A DNA stretch of 64,000 nucleotides from Azolla caroliniana (Eukaryota; Plantae; Polypodiophyta): assembly GCA_043228905.1 (NCBI GenBank), contig JBHGNT010000009.1:9362001-9426000 (forward strand), written 5' to 3'. The notes beneath the pieces were generated by a model. It searched no databases, was not told the DNA's origin, and worked only from the letters and a program-made list of their open reading frames with translations. Below, piece after piece: positions 63,268-64,000 of this stretch (the stretch's first letter is position 1; each line of letters opens with the position of its first letter). The position numbers and the translations under genes were made by a program.

Positions 63268-63949
63268 TGTCGTGAAGATTTTCGTCCGTAAGGGGAAAAC
63301 CGAGCGGAGCGAGCAAAACCGGGGTGTGCAACGTTGCACACGCACATGATGTATTTGTAAAATATTAATAAGAACAAATGTAAATTGTAAGAAATGCACC
63401 ACAAGATTCCTAAAGTATAAATGTGATGTACATAGGAGTACGAGATGAGTAATGGGCGTAGTAGTATGTGTGAGGAGTGGGAGTTAAGGCCCCATCAATC
63501 CCTCCTCCAAGAATCTAAGCAAATATCCCCCCATTGAATGAAGGGGATATTTAGTCCCTCCTTTTTGTAACGGCTTTTTCTCCTTATGCTATAAAAGGAG
63601 AGGAAGGGGCACCATTGAGAGGGTTGCCTATTTTGAGTAAGAAGAGGTATACCACTTAGGTCAAGAGTATCTATTCGGTTTAGGGTTTCTTAATTTCTTT
63701 CTTTACTTATCCTATTAGGGTTTACATTCTACTTATGTCTTGAGTCCGGCCCACGCGGCCGCGGTTGTAATCGCATTGAGGCTTTCATGCCATAATATAC
63801 GTAACTTCTTAAATCTTGTCTCTTTCTACTTTCTCCACCGTGTTAATCTCCTCCACTTTGCTCATGCCCGTCTTCCCATCTACTCCATAGTCCAAGACCC
63901 CCCTGGTCCCGCCACCTTATTCTACACGCACGCGCGAAGTAACGTGACA
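63268..63949 (+). mobile_element. Solo-LTR-like insertion with 4-bp TSD
   Basis: TGTCGT...GTGACA; TSD TCGT (63264-63267/63950-63953); TATAAAA at about 63590. Removal restores LHYETV. Confidence 0.88.
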
Positions 63950-64000
63950 TCGTAGTGGAGAGAGTGTGGACTTCAAGTCTGTTTCCCATATCGACAATGC

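Larger units (their letters stand above)
61915..64000 (-). pseudogene. pol: Copia integrase fragment (same family as Copia X), split by two solo LTRs
   Basis: HCRYGKQT.SPHSLHYETVRQPLELVHTDICGP...[12 protein letters not shown]...AIRLEVPHALWSGK, restored after removing the inserts. Confidence 0.88.

Overview
Gene-free, eukaryotic (plant-type) region made almost entirely of nested transposable elements. The mix of Tcn1-like chromoviruses, these Copia families and a Sola-like transposon suggests a fern or other non-seed plant (inference). An old Tnt1/Tork-like Copia on the minus strand (about 6193-46834) hosts two nests. Nest 1 is Copia A (7905-25130), containing Copia B (11288-23278), containing an intact chromoviral Gypsy G1 with TG..TA LTR ends (14413-21456). 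Nest 2 is a 20.6-kb (about 10.4 kb net) TIR DNA transposon (25599-46250; GGG..CCC ends, 4-bp TSD AGGT). It carries a spliced Sola2-like DDD transposase, a convergent intron-containing cargo gene with RING-H2-like and FCP1/NIF phosphatase-like domains, and two intronic arrays of the palindrome TAGCTAATTAGCTA. It is interrupted by three solo LTRs and an unclassified TIR element, which hosts a self-priming Tcn1-like Gypsy, which hosts a 4-bp-TSD solo LTR. The right part holds a decayed chromovirus (47150-54622), a chimeric Copia (55609-60110), more solo LTRs and tandem repeats. Several unrelated LTR elements carry tRNA-like A-box/B-box modules. Bases 1-4600 could not be assigned. All calls come from manual reading; no database searches were run.
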